Below, piece after piece: positions 30,832-39,904 of a stretch of 64,000 nt of DNA (its first letter is position 1; the number at the start of each line of letters is the position of its first letter). Under the pieces are notes generated by a model. It had not been told where the DNA came from. It did no database searches and was given only the letters and a program-made list of their open reading frames with translations. Source of the DNA: Candidatus Bathyarchaeota archaeon (GTDB lineage Archaea; Thermoproteota; Bathyarchaeia; Bathyarchaeales; Bathycorpusculaceae); assembly GCA_963782525.1 (NCBI GenBank), contig CAWAKC010000010.1, forward strand, positions 96,001 through 160,000, written 5' to 3'. Made by a program: the position numbers and the translations under genes.

Positions 30832-31907
30832 TATAGTTCACCTTTCAAAGATTTATTTTCGAACTCTGAGAGTGCCGCGAAAACTGTTGCTGTTGTGAAT
30901 AGACGCTTGTGGTCTTTGATTGCAGCGTTTATTGCTTTTCCGTCTTGGTTCCAGAAAGTCTGGTTCCAAGGGTCCATCATCGATGGATAAGGTATCCTCA
31001 GAATATGGTTGGTGCTCCAGCTTCCGTCTGATAGCTGGTGATTCAAAAGCCATCTTACGCAATTTAGTATCTTCTCTGAGAAGTTCGAGTTAGCTTCAAC
31101 CATAAGACCTTTCAATGCCAGAGCTGTTGAGAAAGGCCAACCTTCAATGGGTTGGATCGAATCGCTCCAGCTCCCATCTGCCAGCTGCGTTTTCGCAATC
31201 CAATTCTGAGCATTGCCAAAAATTTTTGCATTATTGTCTCCTGCTGCCTTTAGGGCTTCCATGCAGTTAACGGTGGCATAGAGTTTCCCGCTCCACCAGT
31301 AAGGATTCCAGTAGCCTTCCACAACTTGACCTCTTCTAATATATTCTAACGCCTTGCCGACACCTTGAGTCGAACCATTCTCAATCAACGCCTGGGTGGC
31401 CACCGCAGTGACACACAACTGGGAGGATGCCCAGCCTTCAAACGATACGGTTCCATCCAACATCATGTAACGCCCAACGTGACTTGGATTAGCATAAGTT
31501 CTAAAGCCGCCATCAACTGGACTTTGATGCTTTAACAGAAAACTAATGGCCTTCTCACGGCTGACTTGACTTTGTATCCCAAGCTTTGCGAGGAAACGAA
31601 GGCACCAAGCGGTCGAATCTCCATCGGAGGGAACACCAAAACCATAGCCCCAGCCTCCAACATCGCTCTGATGAGCAAGGACGCTGTGACCGATCGTCTC
31701 AAGCCACTTCTTCTCCTCAGGATCGTCAAGGTGACAAATTATGTTGTGTCCCACGTACCCAGAAACCCAATAAACACTCTCACCTGCCAAAGTGAGAAAA
31801 TCAGACCAAAACCCATCCGGGTTACGGCTGTCTTTTAAAAACTTGAAAGTTCTATCAAGTGAGATCCTTAACCTATCAGAATTTTCTGAATTTCTTCGAA
31901 CCGCCAT
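30831..31907 (-). CDS. Monodomain squalene-hopene-cyclase/prenyltransferase-repeat protein (class II terpene cyclase-like)
   Basis: QW-type repeats (NPDGFW, HQSDVGGWGY, HQSPVDGGF, QLADGSW, HQLSDGSW) and DGDST at the DxDD position. Confidence 0.82.
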   Translation of the reverse strand: MAVRRNSENSDRLRISLDRTFKFLKDSRNPDGFWSDFLTLAGESVYWVSGYVGHNIICHLDDPEEKKWLETIGHSVLAHQSDVGGWGYGFGVPSDGDSTAWCLRFLAKLGIQSQVSREKAISFLLKHQSPVDGGFRTYANPSHVGRYMMLDGTVSFEGWASSQLCVTAVATQALIENGSTQGVGKALEYIRRGQVVEGYWNPYWWSGKLYATVNCMEALKAAGDNNAKIFGNAQNWIAKTQLADGSWSDSIQPIEGWPFSTALALKGLMVEANSNFSEKILNCVRWLLNHQLSDGSWSTNHILRIPYPSMMDPWNQTFWNQDGKAINAAIKDHKRLFTTATVFAALSEFENKSLKGEL

Positions 31908-31971
31908 ATTTAATCCATCTGACCCATATTTATCGGAAATTCGACTTGACTTTTACTCCAGACTTGAATTC

Positions 31972-32391
31972 TCAAAGGTGAGATTGTATTATTGAAGGGA
32001 TTGTTAATACTAAGATTCCTATGACGAAGATTAGGACAAACTTGACTGAAAGGTTGTATTTCTTCGCGGTTTCGTAGCCAAGAGCAAACCAGAAGGGGTA
32101 GAGCGTTAAGAACATCATTGCTATCCAAGCTGGAAACCCCGCTTTGGTGAAGCCAGTTAAACCCTGATCGAACATTATGTATGACCCCTTCAAGTCGACA
32201 AGCCCCGGTATAATCCATCGATACCAATCCATATAGAGCGCTATTCCTCCAAACGTGAAACTCGTCAGAATAGCTGCTCCAAGTGCGTAAATCAATGACT
32301 TTGCAAACTTGTAATTAGAGGAGATGATGTACAAAATAGCACCAAAGAAGAATAAGCCAAATGGATCAACAAAAAAACTCATACTAACCAC
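31972..32391 (-). CDS. Small four-TM membrane protein
   Basis: 139-aa hydrophobic ORF; first gene of the apparent operon with the cyclase-like gene. Confidence 0.7.
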   Translation of the reverse strand: MVSMSFFVDPFGLFFFGAILYIISSNYKFAKSLIYALGAAILTSFTFGGIALYMDWYRWIIPGLVDLKGSYIMFDQGLTGFTKAGFPAWIAMMFLTLYPFWFALGYETAKKYNLSVKFVLIFVIGILVLTIPSIIQSHL

Positions 32392-32556
32392 CCAAGAGTT
32401 GTTAAAAACAGCATTTATTTCACCTAAAAGAAGTCTATTCTATATTAAGAAATAACAAATATAAGTTTATCGCGAATCTGGATTCCCGGATCTTTCGATC
32501 TACAGTTTTTTAAAACAGCAAATCTTTAGCAAAAATTTCCCATCACTCGACAAATC

Positions 32557-32722
32557 AAAGTTACTGATTCTGCTGCAAACGAGTTTTGCACATCGCTGCT
32601 ACATCTATCAAAACTAACATAACTTAAAGTTTTCAGCCTTCAAGGTTAATTGGTTTGAGCCAGTGGTGACCAGAGAAGTTGTTGTTGCAACTGCATTCTG
32701 CAAACCGGTTGCAACAATCAAA
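32557..32722 (+). repeat. ~160-bp imperfect direct repeat, right copy
   Basis: Aligns to 26991-27149; contains a perfect stem TTGTTGCAAC (32682-32691) / GTTGCAACAA (32708-32717). Confidence 0.88.
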
Positions 32723-32923
32723 CATTCCAAAACTTTGCTCAAAACAGGAACCAATACCCAAGAAAAATGCTGGATAAAATCTATCACAGGCCTAAAGCCA
32801 AGAAAAACCAATCTCAAAATCTTAGTTCCCTTTCAAAAACATACAACTTTTGATTTCTACACAATGTAAAAAACCAAGTGGCATCCAATCTTGTGTTTCA
32901 TTAACCATAAAGTTTAAGGGTAA

Positions 32924-33523
32924 ATGTTTGTTTTAGGTTGCGAGTATTCTATCTTTGAGGTTTGTGGTTTGAGCACTACTAAAGTTGAAACAATTGAGGA
33001 AAGGAAAGCGGAAGTTCTAATCAAATTAAGAAAATACAAGCTTATTGAAAAAGAAAAATTTGAAGGCGCATACGCATACATCATTGACATCCCACAGGAT
33101 AAAGAGAAAGCAATCGTTTGGTGCATTTTGGGCGAAGCTACCGTAGGCATTGCAGCCATGAATACTCTCTACAAAGTTATGAAGGAAAAAGATCTTGACC
33201 GCGCTATCGTAGTTACTGAAGGACGTTATACCCATGCCGTTAAACTCGGTGCAAAGAAGAAAAAAGTGGAGCTTTTACCTAAATCGTTCCCAGTGTTCGA
33301 CATCTTTGAGCATGCCTTGGTTCCATTCCACGAAATCCTCACCGAAAAAGAAAAGAACCAATTGCTCGCACAATTTAAAGTTAAACCTTACCAGATGCCC
33401 CAGATAAAATCTGGTGACCCAGCCGTTAAAGCGATAGGTGCAAAACCAGGCGATATACTAAAAATCACCAGAAAAAGCACAACTGCAGGCGAACACATAA
33501 CATATAGGTACGTTGTAGAATAA
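32924..33523 (+). CDS. rpoH: DNA-directed RNA polymerase subunit H/Rpo5 with RPB5-like N-terminal domain
   Basis: C-terminal FEHALVPFHEILT...QMPQIKSGDPAVKAIGAKPGDILKITRKSTTAGEHITYRYV. Likely start TTG at 32969. Confidence 0.95.
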   Translation: MFVLGCEYSIFEVCGLSTTKVETIEERKAEVLIKLRKYKLIEKEKFEGAYAYIIDIPQDKEKAIVWCILGEATVGIAAMNTLYKVMKEKDLDRAIVVTEGRYTHAVKLGAKKKKVELLPKSFPVFDIFEHALVPFHEILTEKEKNQLLAQFKVKPYQMPQIKSGDPAVKAIGAKPGDILKITRKSTTAGEHITYRYVVE

Positions 33524-33537
33524 AATAAAAAAATTTT

Positions 33538-34095
33538 TTATTTTGCAATCATTATTTCTGTTGATTTCACGATTGCAGTTACTTCATCGCCGACTTTTAT
33601 GTCTAATTCTTCAATCGCTTCTTTAGTTATAACCGCGGTTACGGTTACGGGCATTTTAACTTCCACCTTCACTTTTCCCGTAATGACTCCTTTTTCTACA
33701 GCTACAACTTTTCCTTTAAACTGGTTACGAGCACTTAACTTCAAACCTTTCACCTCCAAACAACGTGGATCAGGCAAAACTTTATCCAAATAAATCTCCG
33801 CTTGCTTATACTCACCAAGCAAACTCTTGCCCAAATCAGTCAACTTTGCTCCGCCTCCACCAGATTTGCCGCCCTTGTAGGTTTCCACGATTTGTTCTTC
33901 CATGACATCTTGAATTTCGTGTATGTAGTTCCAAACGTAGCGGTAAGACATTCCCAACGTTTGTGCTGCTTTAGAAATCGAGTTATCCTTGTCGATGGTT
34001 TCGAGGATTTCAGCGCCACCTTTGCCAATTAGGGGTTTTCCTTTGTATTCAAGCCAGGCTTTGCATGAAAGTGTATGTTTTTTGTTGGCAAGCAT
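33538..34095 (-). CDS. modE: ModE-type molybdate/tungstate-responsive regulator (wHTH plus TOBE)
   Basis: SISKAAQTLGMSYRYVW, GGKSGGGAKLT, LSARNQFKGKV...AIVKST. Confidence 0.92.
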   Translation of the reverse strand: MLANKKHTLSCKAWLEYKGKPLIGKGGAEILETIDKDNSISKAAQTLGMSYRYVWNYIHEIQDVMEEQIVETYKGGKSGGGGAKLTDLGKSLLGEYKQAEIYLDKVLPDPRCLEVKGLKLSARNQFKGKVVAVEKGVITGKVKVEVKMPVTVTAVITKEAIEELDIKVGDEVTAIVKSTEIMIAK

Positions 34096-34147
34096 TTCAT
34101 TAAATTATTAATATGATAGCCCATATAAAGATAATTTAAGCAGACAT

Positions 34148-34864
34148 TTAGAAATCTAGTTCACCGTTGATGAATTTTCGAGTAATCTCGCTTTTGGGGT
34201 TCTCAAAGAAATCCTCAGTTTTAGCTACTTCAACGATTTCGCCATTGTTGATATGAACTATTTCGTCAGCCATTCGTCTTGCTTGGTTGAGGTTATGAGT
34301 CGCCATCACAATAATTCTTCCACTGCGCTTTTGGTTAATTATTGCTTTCTCAATGATTACTGCACTGTTCGGATCCAAGTTTGCTGTGGGCTCATCCAAA
34401 AGCAAAACATTCGAATCAAGAAGAAAAGCCCGCGCTAATGCTACTCTTTGTTGCTCACCACCCGATAGTTTCCTTGCCCTTCTCTTCTCGAACCCTGAAA
34501 GCCTAACTGCTTTCAAGGCTTCAGGTACCTTTTTTGCAATCTCTTCTTGCGGAACTTTTCTGATTTTAAGACCGTATGCCAAGTTATCGAAGACGTTCAT
34601 GGTGAACATGGCGGTTTTCTGAAAAACCAAGGTTGAAACTTGACGCAATGCTTTAGCGTCTGCGTTTTGGTTGATGAAGCGGACTTGTCCGCTGTCAGGG
34701 TTCTCTAAGCCAGCTAAGATGCGCATGAGAGTGGTTTTGCCTGCTCCATTGACACCTAAAAGCACGATTATCTTGCCGCCGTCCATTTCCAACGATACTG
34801 AATTTAACGCTTTGATGCTTCGGTAGCACTTTTTAATCTCAGATAATTGAAGATGAACGCTCAC
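34148..34864 (-). CDS. tupC: Tungstate ABC transporter ATP-binding protein
   Basis: GVNGAGKTT, LSGGEQQR, LLLDEPTANLD; in operon with tupA and tupB. Confidence 0.88.
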   Translation of the reverse strand: MSVHLQLSEIKKCYRSIKALNSVSLEMDGGKIIVLLGVNGAGKTTLMRILAGLENPDSGQVRFINQNADAKALRQVSTLVFQKTAMFTMNVFDNLAYGLKIRKVPQEEIAKKVPEALKAVRLSGFEKRRARKLSGGEQQRVALARAFLLDSNVLLLDEPTANLDPNSAVIIEKAIINQKRSGRIIVMATHNLNQARRMADEIVHINNGEIVEVAKTEDFFENPKSEITRKFINGELDF

Positions 34865-34867
34865 TTC

Positions 34868-35623
34868 TTAACCCCCAAATAATCCTCTCCAAAAAACGAA
34901 TTTTCCAAGTTCTCCACGTTCATCTTTGATACGCTCGATTAGGCTTACGGTTAATGCTAGTGCGATTACGATTACCATAAGGATAATCCCGTAGGCTATT
35001 GCTAGACTGAAATCACCAAAATTTGTCCAAATTGCAATAGAAGTTGTCAGGACTCGTGTCTCGCCCAAGATGCTTCCACCTACAAGCGTTGCGATGCCGA
35101 GTTCTCCGAAACATCGATTGAATGAGGCTGTCAAGGAAAGAACAATAGACCAGATGGTTTCACGTATAAGAGTTAGGTTCGTTCTAAATCCTGATGCACC
35201 GAGAGTTCTTGCCAAGTCTCTAAGTTGAGTATCGGATGCACCAAGAGCGTTTGCGGTGAAACTCACTATTATTGGTGTGACAAGTATAGCTTCGCCGATT
35301 GCTATACCGTTGAGTGTGAAAAGCAGATTCAAAAAACCCAGTTCGCCTTGCCTAGAAAAAAGCAGAAACAAAAGTAAACCTAAAGCCACGGTTGGTATAC
35401 CTAGTAAAGCGTTAAAGATGCCTTTGATTAACCATTTTCCTCTAAAATTGTAAAGACCTAAGAGTACAGCCATCGGAATACTCCAAAGGCATGCAAGTAA
35501 GGTGCCTAATCCCGCAACGTAGATGGTTCGATAAACGGTTGCGTAGACTTCGGGGTCTCCGCTTGAGATTAATTTAATTGCTTCCTGAAGAGCTGGAACG
35601 ATTATATCGGCCATGCATATCAC
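34868..35623 (-). CDS. tupB: Tungstate ABC transporter permease
   Basis: PTVALGL, ARTLGAS, FNRCFGELG, GETRVLTTSI (TupB pattern). Confidence 0.88.
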   Translation of the reverse strand: MICMADIIVPALQEAIKLISSGDPEVYATVYRTIYVAGLGTLLACLWSIPMAVLLGLYNFRGKWLIKGIFNALLGIPTVALGLLLFLLFSRQGELGFLNLLFTLNGIAIGEAILVTPIIVSFTANALGASDTQLRDLARTLGASGFRTNLTLIRETIWSIVLSLTASFNRCFGELGIATLVGGSILGETRVLTTSIAIWTNFGDFSLAIAYGIILMVIVIALALTVSLIERIKDERGELGKFVFWRGLFGG

Positions 35624-35661
35624 AAAGAAAATAGGGGGAATTTAATTTATCTTTTACTAAC

Positions 35662-37044
35662 TTAAACGCTGTATACTTTGCTGCTCGAAGATGTCACTGC
35701 CTGGGTCGGGACGATTTTTGGTTTGTCTGCTGTGTAATAGTTTGGTGTACTTATTGAGATGTTAAGGTTGAAGTTTGCTACCAAAGCGTCGTATGTTGCT
35801 GTGTAGAGGATGTCAGCGTTGTATCGGAATGTTGCGGGGCATTCGGTTCCGCTAGCGCTGATTTGGTTACTGGAATTGATGTAAGCGTAGCTTTTGATCC
35901 AGCCAAGTAAGGTATCGTTAGAGACTGCGCCGCTAACTAAGGGTACAAACGGCGTGAAGAGTGACTGATTGTAGGCTACTTTACCGTAGTTACTTATCAA
36001 TTGTTGACCTTCGTCGGAAACTAGATAATTGACGAATAGTAGTGAAGCGTTAAAGTTTGTATTTGACAAGGCTGTATTTCGGGGGTCATCGATTATTGCG
36101 CTGTAAACGTTAAGCAGGCTTTGTTGGGCTTGAATCTGGATCTTAAGTTGAATATCGCCTTTATTGTAATATGCTAGGTAAGTGCCTATGTCAGAAATTG
36201 AGTATCCGCCTATGTTGCCATAATAGTTCGCTGCTAGAAGGGTTGGTCCCATTCCTGAACCAGTGACTTTAAACCAGGATGTTTGAGCGGTTAGTTGAGT
36301 GTAGTTGAAACCTGCAGCAGTCCAAAGCAAAATTTCCTTTGTTGCCGTTCCTGAGGCATCATTTCTTGAGAACCAAAGCACATTACTAGAGTTTTGTCCA
36401 AAGTTGTAGATGTTTTGCAATGCTTGGCTAACATTTGTTAACCCGTTGATATGTGCGGGGTCGCTTGTTGGACCGATGATGACGAAAAAGTTGTACGCTA
36501 CGATTTTGCGGTCTACGCCGTATCCTCCAGTTAGGAAGGGCAGCTCCTGTGAAGGTGAATGAACCAGTATCATATCTGCGTCGCCTCTTTGTGCAGCTTG
36601 AATCGCTGGTCCGGTACCGTAATAGAGGAAGTTCACTGTTATCCAGGGATATTTAGCTTGGAAAGCATCTTTGAGGTCATCTCTCACTACAGTTCCGTTT
36701 GCGTAGATTTCAGGGACATCTTCTAGTCCTGTGTCCTTTAGGCTGGTGGTTGATGCAACTTTGAGAGTTACTGGACTAGGCGCTGGTGTGGGAGATGGAG
36801 AGGGCGAAGGTGATGCTGCAGGGCTTGGGGTTGGAGTTGGGGAAGCGGTTGGTCGTGGTGATGCTGTTGGGGTTGGAGAGAGTGTTACAGGTGGTGAAGG
36901 AGAGGGAGAGGGTGTTGGAGTAGGAGACGGTTTTGGTTGAGCGTTGTTTTGACCATAATTATAACCTGCGTAAATTCCTATTCCCGCTACAATTATGATT
37001 ATCAGTAAGATTGCAGCTATGGCTGTTGTTTTCATTTTTTTCAC
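35662..37044 (-). CDS. tupA: Tungstate ABC transporter substrate-binding protein
   Basis: [40 protein letters not shown]; N-terminal TM and PS/PT linker. Confidence 0.9.
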   Translation of the reverse strand: MKKMKTTAIAAILLIIIIVAGIGIYAGYNYGQNNAQPKPSPTPTPSPSPSPPVTLSPTPTASPRPTASPTPTPSPAASPSPSPSPTPAPSPVTLKVASTTSLKDTGLEDVPEIYANGTVVRDDLKDAFQAKYPWITVNFLYYGTGPAIQAAQRGDADMILVHSPSQELPFLTGGYGVDRKIVAYNFFVIIGPTSDPAHINGLTNVSQALQNIYNFGQNSSNVLWFSRNDASGTATKEILLWTAAGFNYTQLTAQTSWFKVTGSGMGPTLLAANYYGNIGGYSISDIGTYLAYYNKGDIQLKIQIQAQQSLLNVYSAIIDDPRNTALSNTNFNASLLFVNYLVSDEGQQLISNYGKVAYNQSLFTPFVPLVSGAVSNDTLLGWIKSYAYINSSNQISASGTECPATFRYNADILYTATYDALVANFNLNISISTPNYYTADKPKIVPTQAVTSSSSKVYSV

Positions 37045-37060
37045 TGTTTTCCAAGTGAGA

Positions 37061-37084
37061 CGTTATGCAAATATAAACATGTCG
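37061..37084. promoter_or_regulatory. Candidate ModE operator overlapping the tupA TATA box
   Basis: CGTTATGC-AAATATAA-ACATGTCG matches the 24-bp CG.TAT...ATA.CG geometry of ModE sites; the minus strand reads TTTATATT in the spacer region. Confidence 0.55.
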
Positions 37085-37129
37085 ACTAGGCAGTACTTGA
37101 AACTAACATAAAGCCAAACAAATCAACAA

Positions 37130-37354
37130 TTATTTTCTGTCTTGCGTTAACTCACTCAAAATAACCATTGCTTCACCCAAGGGCATTCCCAACCTCTGGG
37201 CAAGTTCAACTGCCGAAACATCCCCTTTCTCGGGCAAGATACAGTCGCGGATGTACGCCTTATGAGTTGGGTACATAACTGCAGCGTGAACAGCTTCGAC
37301 AAGCAACTGCCAGAGTCGCTCTTTAGTATATTCTTCCACGTTCATAGGCATCAA
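37130..37354 (-). CDS. Small hypothetical protein with C-terminal HTH-like segment
   Basis: VSAVELAQRLGMPLGEAMVIL. Confidence 0.65.
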   Translation of the reverse strand: MMPMNVEEYTKERLWQLLVEAVHAAVMYPTHKAYIRDCILPEKGDVSAVELAQRLGMPLGEAMVILSELTQDRK

Positions 37355-37432
37355 CCATTGATACGCTGATGAGGTTATTAGTCTACCGCAAGCAGATCAC
37401 AATAAAGTTAATACCCGCCAAGAACCATTAAA

Positions 37433-38434
37433 TTGTTAGAGGATGACTTTTTTTTGAAAGCTGCAGTTTACCGTGGACCCCAAAACATCAAGATCGAAAA
37501 CGTCCCAGAACCCGAACTTAAACGCAGAAGGGTAATAGTGAAGTTTAGGGCGGGCAGCATTTGCGGAACTGACATGCATTTCTATCGAGGAGAATGGAAA
37601 TTAAAGAAAGGCAGAATCCTAGGACACGACGCATTTGGAGTAAGAGAAGACACCGGCGAAAGAGTTGTCATGGTTCCGGTTGTGAATTGTGGCCATTGCT
37701 ACTTCTGTCAACGAGGCTACCCTGCGCTCTGTCTCCACGCAAAACTTTACGGATTAACAAGAGACGGCTTTTTTGCCGAGTCTATAGCAATGATTCCAAG
37801 AAGCCTAATCCCAGTCCCTGAAAGTATTAGCGACGAAGAAGCTGCAATTATAGAACCGGTTGCTTTGGCACTTCGAGTCCTTAATCACTTACAACCTAAC
37901 TTGGGAGATTGGGTTACTGTGCTCGGGCAAGGACCCATTGGTTTGCTTATGACTCAAATTGCACTAATGAAGGGTTGCCGAGTCATAGCCGTAGATCTGG
38001 AGGACTATAGATTGGAACTCTCCGAAAAATATGGTGCAGACGCTGTAATTAACGCTAAAAACGAAGATGTCCCAAAAACTGTCCGCAAACTAACTAAGAT
38101 GGGCTCTGATTTCGTGATTGAAGCTGCAGGAACCACAAAGACGGTAGAGCAGACGCCGTTTTTGGTGCGGAAAGCTGGCAAAGTTGCTTTGGTAGGAGAA
38201 TCCGAGGGTTATTTGAACCTGGGGGAAGCTGATGAAGCCCAATTTTTCACGATTTATCTTTCACCCGTTGAGTATCCAACTGCGGTTGAGTTAATCGCTC
38301 GAAAACTGGTTGACGTAAAAGGTCTCATAACGCATAGGTTTGGACTGGATGAGTTTGAGAAGGCATTGCAAATCCTTGATAATCCAGCAAAAAAGCCGAT
38401 GAAAGTAATAATAACTAATAGTTTGCCCCAGTAA
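37433..38434 (+). CDS. Zinc-binding alcohol/polyol dehydrogenase (MDR family)
   Basis: ICGTD, LGHD, CGHCYFC...C, GQGPIG, LITHRF. Confidence 0.92.
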   Translation: MLEDDFFLKAAVYRGPQNIKIENVPEPELKRRRVIVKFRAGSICGTDMHFYRGEWKLKKGRILGHDAFGVREDTGERVVMVPVVNCGHCYFCQRGYPALCLHAKLYGLTRDGFFAESIAMIPRSLIPVPESISDEEAAIIEPVALALRVLNHLQPNLGDWVTVLGQGPIGLLMTQIALMKGCRVIAVDLEDYRLELSEKYGADAVINAKNEDVPKTVRKLTKMGSDFVIEAAGTTKTVEQTPFLVRKAGKVALVGESEGYLNLGEADEAQFFTIYLSPVEYPTAVELIARKLVDVKGLITHRFGLDEFEKALQILDNPAKKPMKVIITNSLPQ

Positions 38435-38533
38435 AGCTCATTATACCTTTTCATAGGGCATCTGCAATCAAATCTATGACCTCAGGAAAAATGCTCTTCG
38501 ATTGTATTCTTCACATTGAATATTTCTTGAAAA

Positions 38534-38749
38534 TTACTCTTTATCACGCTTCATAACAATGAGACCTAAAACTATGAACCCAAAAGCAACTGCATAAAGA
38601 AGACCTATGACGAAAACTTTCAGAACGCCGAACCAGTTAAATTGATTTGTAATACATGCTGAAAAGATTAATGCAATTATTGTCAAAATAATCGCTGGCA
38701 CTATGGCAACTATTCCGAAAGCAATTAAGAACAGTGAAACTTTGCCCAT
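38534..38749 (-). CDS. Small two-TM membrane protein
   Basis: 71-aa hydrophobic ORF with a charged tail. Confidence 0.5.
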   Translation of the reverse strand: MGKVSLFLIAFGIVAIVPAIILTIIALIFSACITNQFNWFGVLKVFVIGLLYAVAFGFIVLGLIVMKRDKE

Positions 38750-39202
38750 GAAAATGATAGTTTTTGAAATGATTTAAGCTTTTACGAGAAAGACACATTG
38801 AGCTGAATTTTCCAGAAATCAATAGATTTTTCAAGTGTCTCTTAACTTGAAATGTCATCCTCAATACTCGAGGACTATTGCAGTTTAGTCTCTGACAGCC
38901 CTTTCACTTAAATAATCTGTTGCTTCAGCAGCGTTGTATATCAATTTGTATAAACAAATTATATAAACAAAACTACCTACTACCATTACTGGTCTCTCAC
39001 ATTTGAATTTATACAAGTTGAAATCCCTCCCATTATTACAGGAAAACTAGCACAGAGCCCAGACAGTAATAGTATTAGACAATGAAAGCATCGATTTTCA
39101 GCATAGACTATTTCATAAATAGATTTGCTAAAAGATTTTTAGCCCTGTTGGCTTAACCGTAAAGTATATTTCTTTTAGAGAATTGTTAACCCCCAAACCC
39201 AG

Positions 39203-39904
39203 ATGGAAACGGAGATAACGGTTTTGGCTATAGAAGCAGTAATATTCGATTTAGATGGAACACTTGCCCACTTTAACTTAGACTTCAAAGCGCTGCGTTC
39301 TGAAGTCAGAACCTACCTAATCAGCATACGTGTCCCCGTTTCTGTTCTCGACGTTAATGAAAGCATATTTGAAATGCTAAAAAAAGCCGAGATTTTCATA
39401 AAAAACAGCTCCAAATCACCCGACGCTTTCCACGAAGTACGCACCCGAGCGCTGGCAATCGCGGAGAAATATGAGATGGAAGCCGCCACAACCACAAGCC
39501 TGCTAACCGGAGCAGTTGAAACCCTCAAAGAACTACAAAAAATGAACATAAAAATGGGTTTATGCACAACCAGCAGCGAAAAAGCCTCAAGCTATATTCT
39601 GCAGCGCTTCAAAATTGACGTTTTCTTCAAAGTGGTTGTTTCCAGAGAAAAAGTGAAGTATGTTAAGCCACACACCGAACAGTTTGAGTTGGCGCTTAAA
39701 GCCTTAGGTCTTCATGCTAAATCCGCATTAATTGTGGGCGACAGTGTGGTTGATATGGAGAGTGCCAAAGAAATAAAAGTCATCGCTGTCGGGTTAACAA
39801 CGGGTTTATCCACGACCGAGCAGTTGATGAGTAACGGCGCAAACTATATCGTAACGTCACTGACTGATTTGCCTGTTTTGATAAAAGAAATAAATAAGGA
39901 TTAA
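39203..39904 (+). CDS. HAD-superfamily hydrolase (phosphoglycolate-phosphatase-like)
   Basis: FDLDGTL, KPH, VGDS..D motifs. Confidence 0.92.
   Translation: METEITVLAIEAVIFDLDGTLAHFNLDFKALRSEVRTYLISIRVPVSVLDVNESIFEMLKKAEIFIKNSSKSPDAFHEVRTRALAIAEKYEMEAATTTSLLTGAVETLKELQKMNIKMGLCTTSSEKASSYILQRFKIDVFFKVVVSREKVKYVKPHTEQFELALKALGLHAKSALIVGDSVVDMESAKEIKVIAVGLTTGLSTTEQLMSNGANYIVTSLTDLPVLIKEINKD

Noticed and set aside
32614-32869. Short ORFs overlapping the right-hand repeat
   Set aside because: The reading frames are not preserved in the left-hand copy.
36770-36935. Tandem repeats in tupA (and at 54170-54270)
   Set aside because: Ordinary Pro/Thr/Ser linker codons, not CRISPR or VNTR elements.
38943-38972. 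AATTTGT-ATAA-ACAAATT palindrome and TATAAACAAA duplication
   Set aside because: Low-complexity AT-rich sequence with no second instance or clear target.
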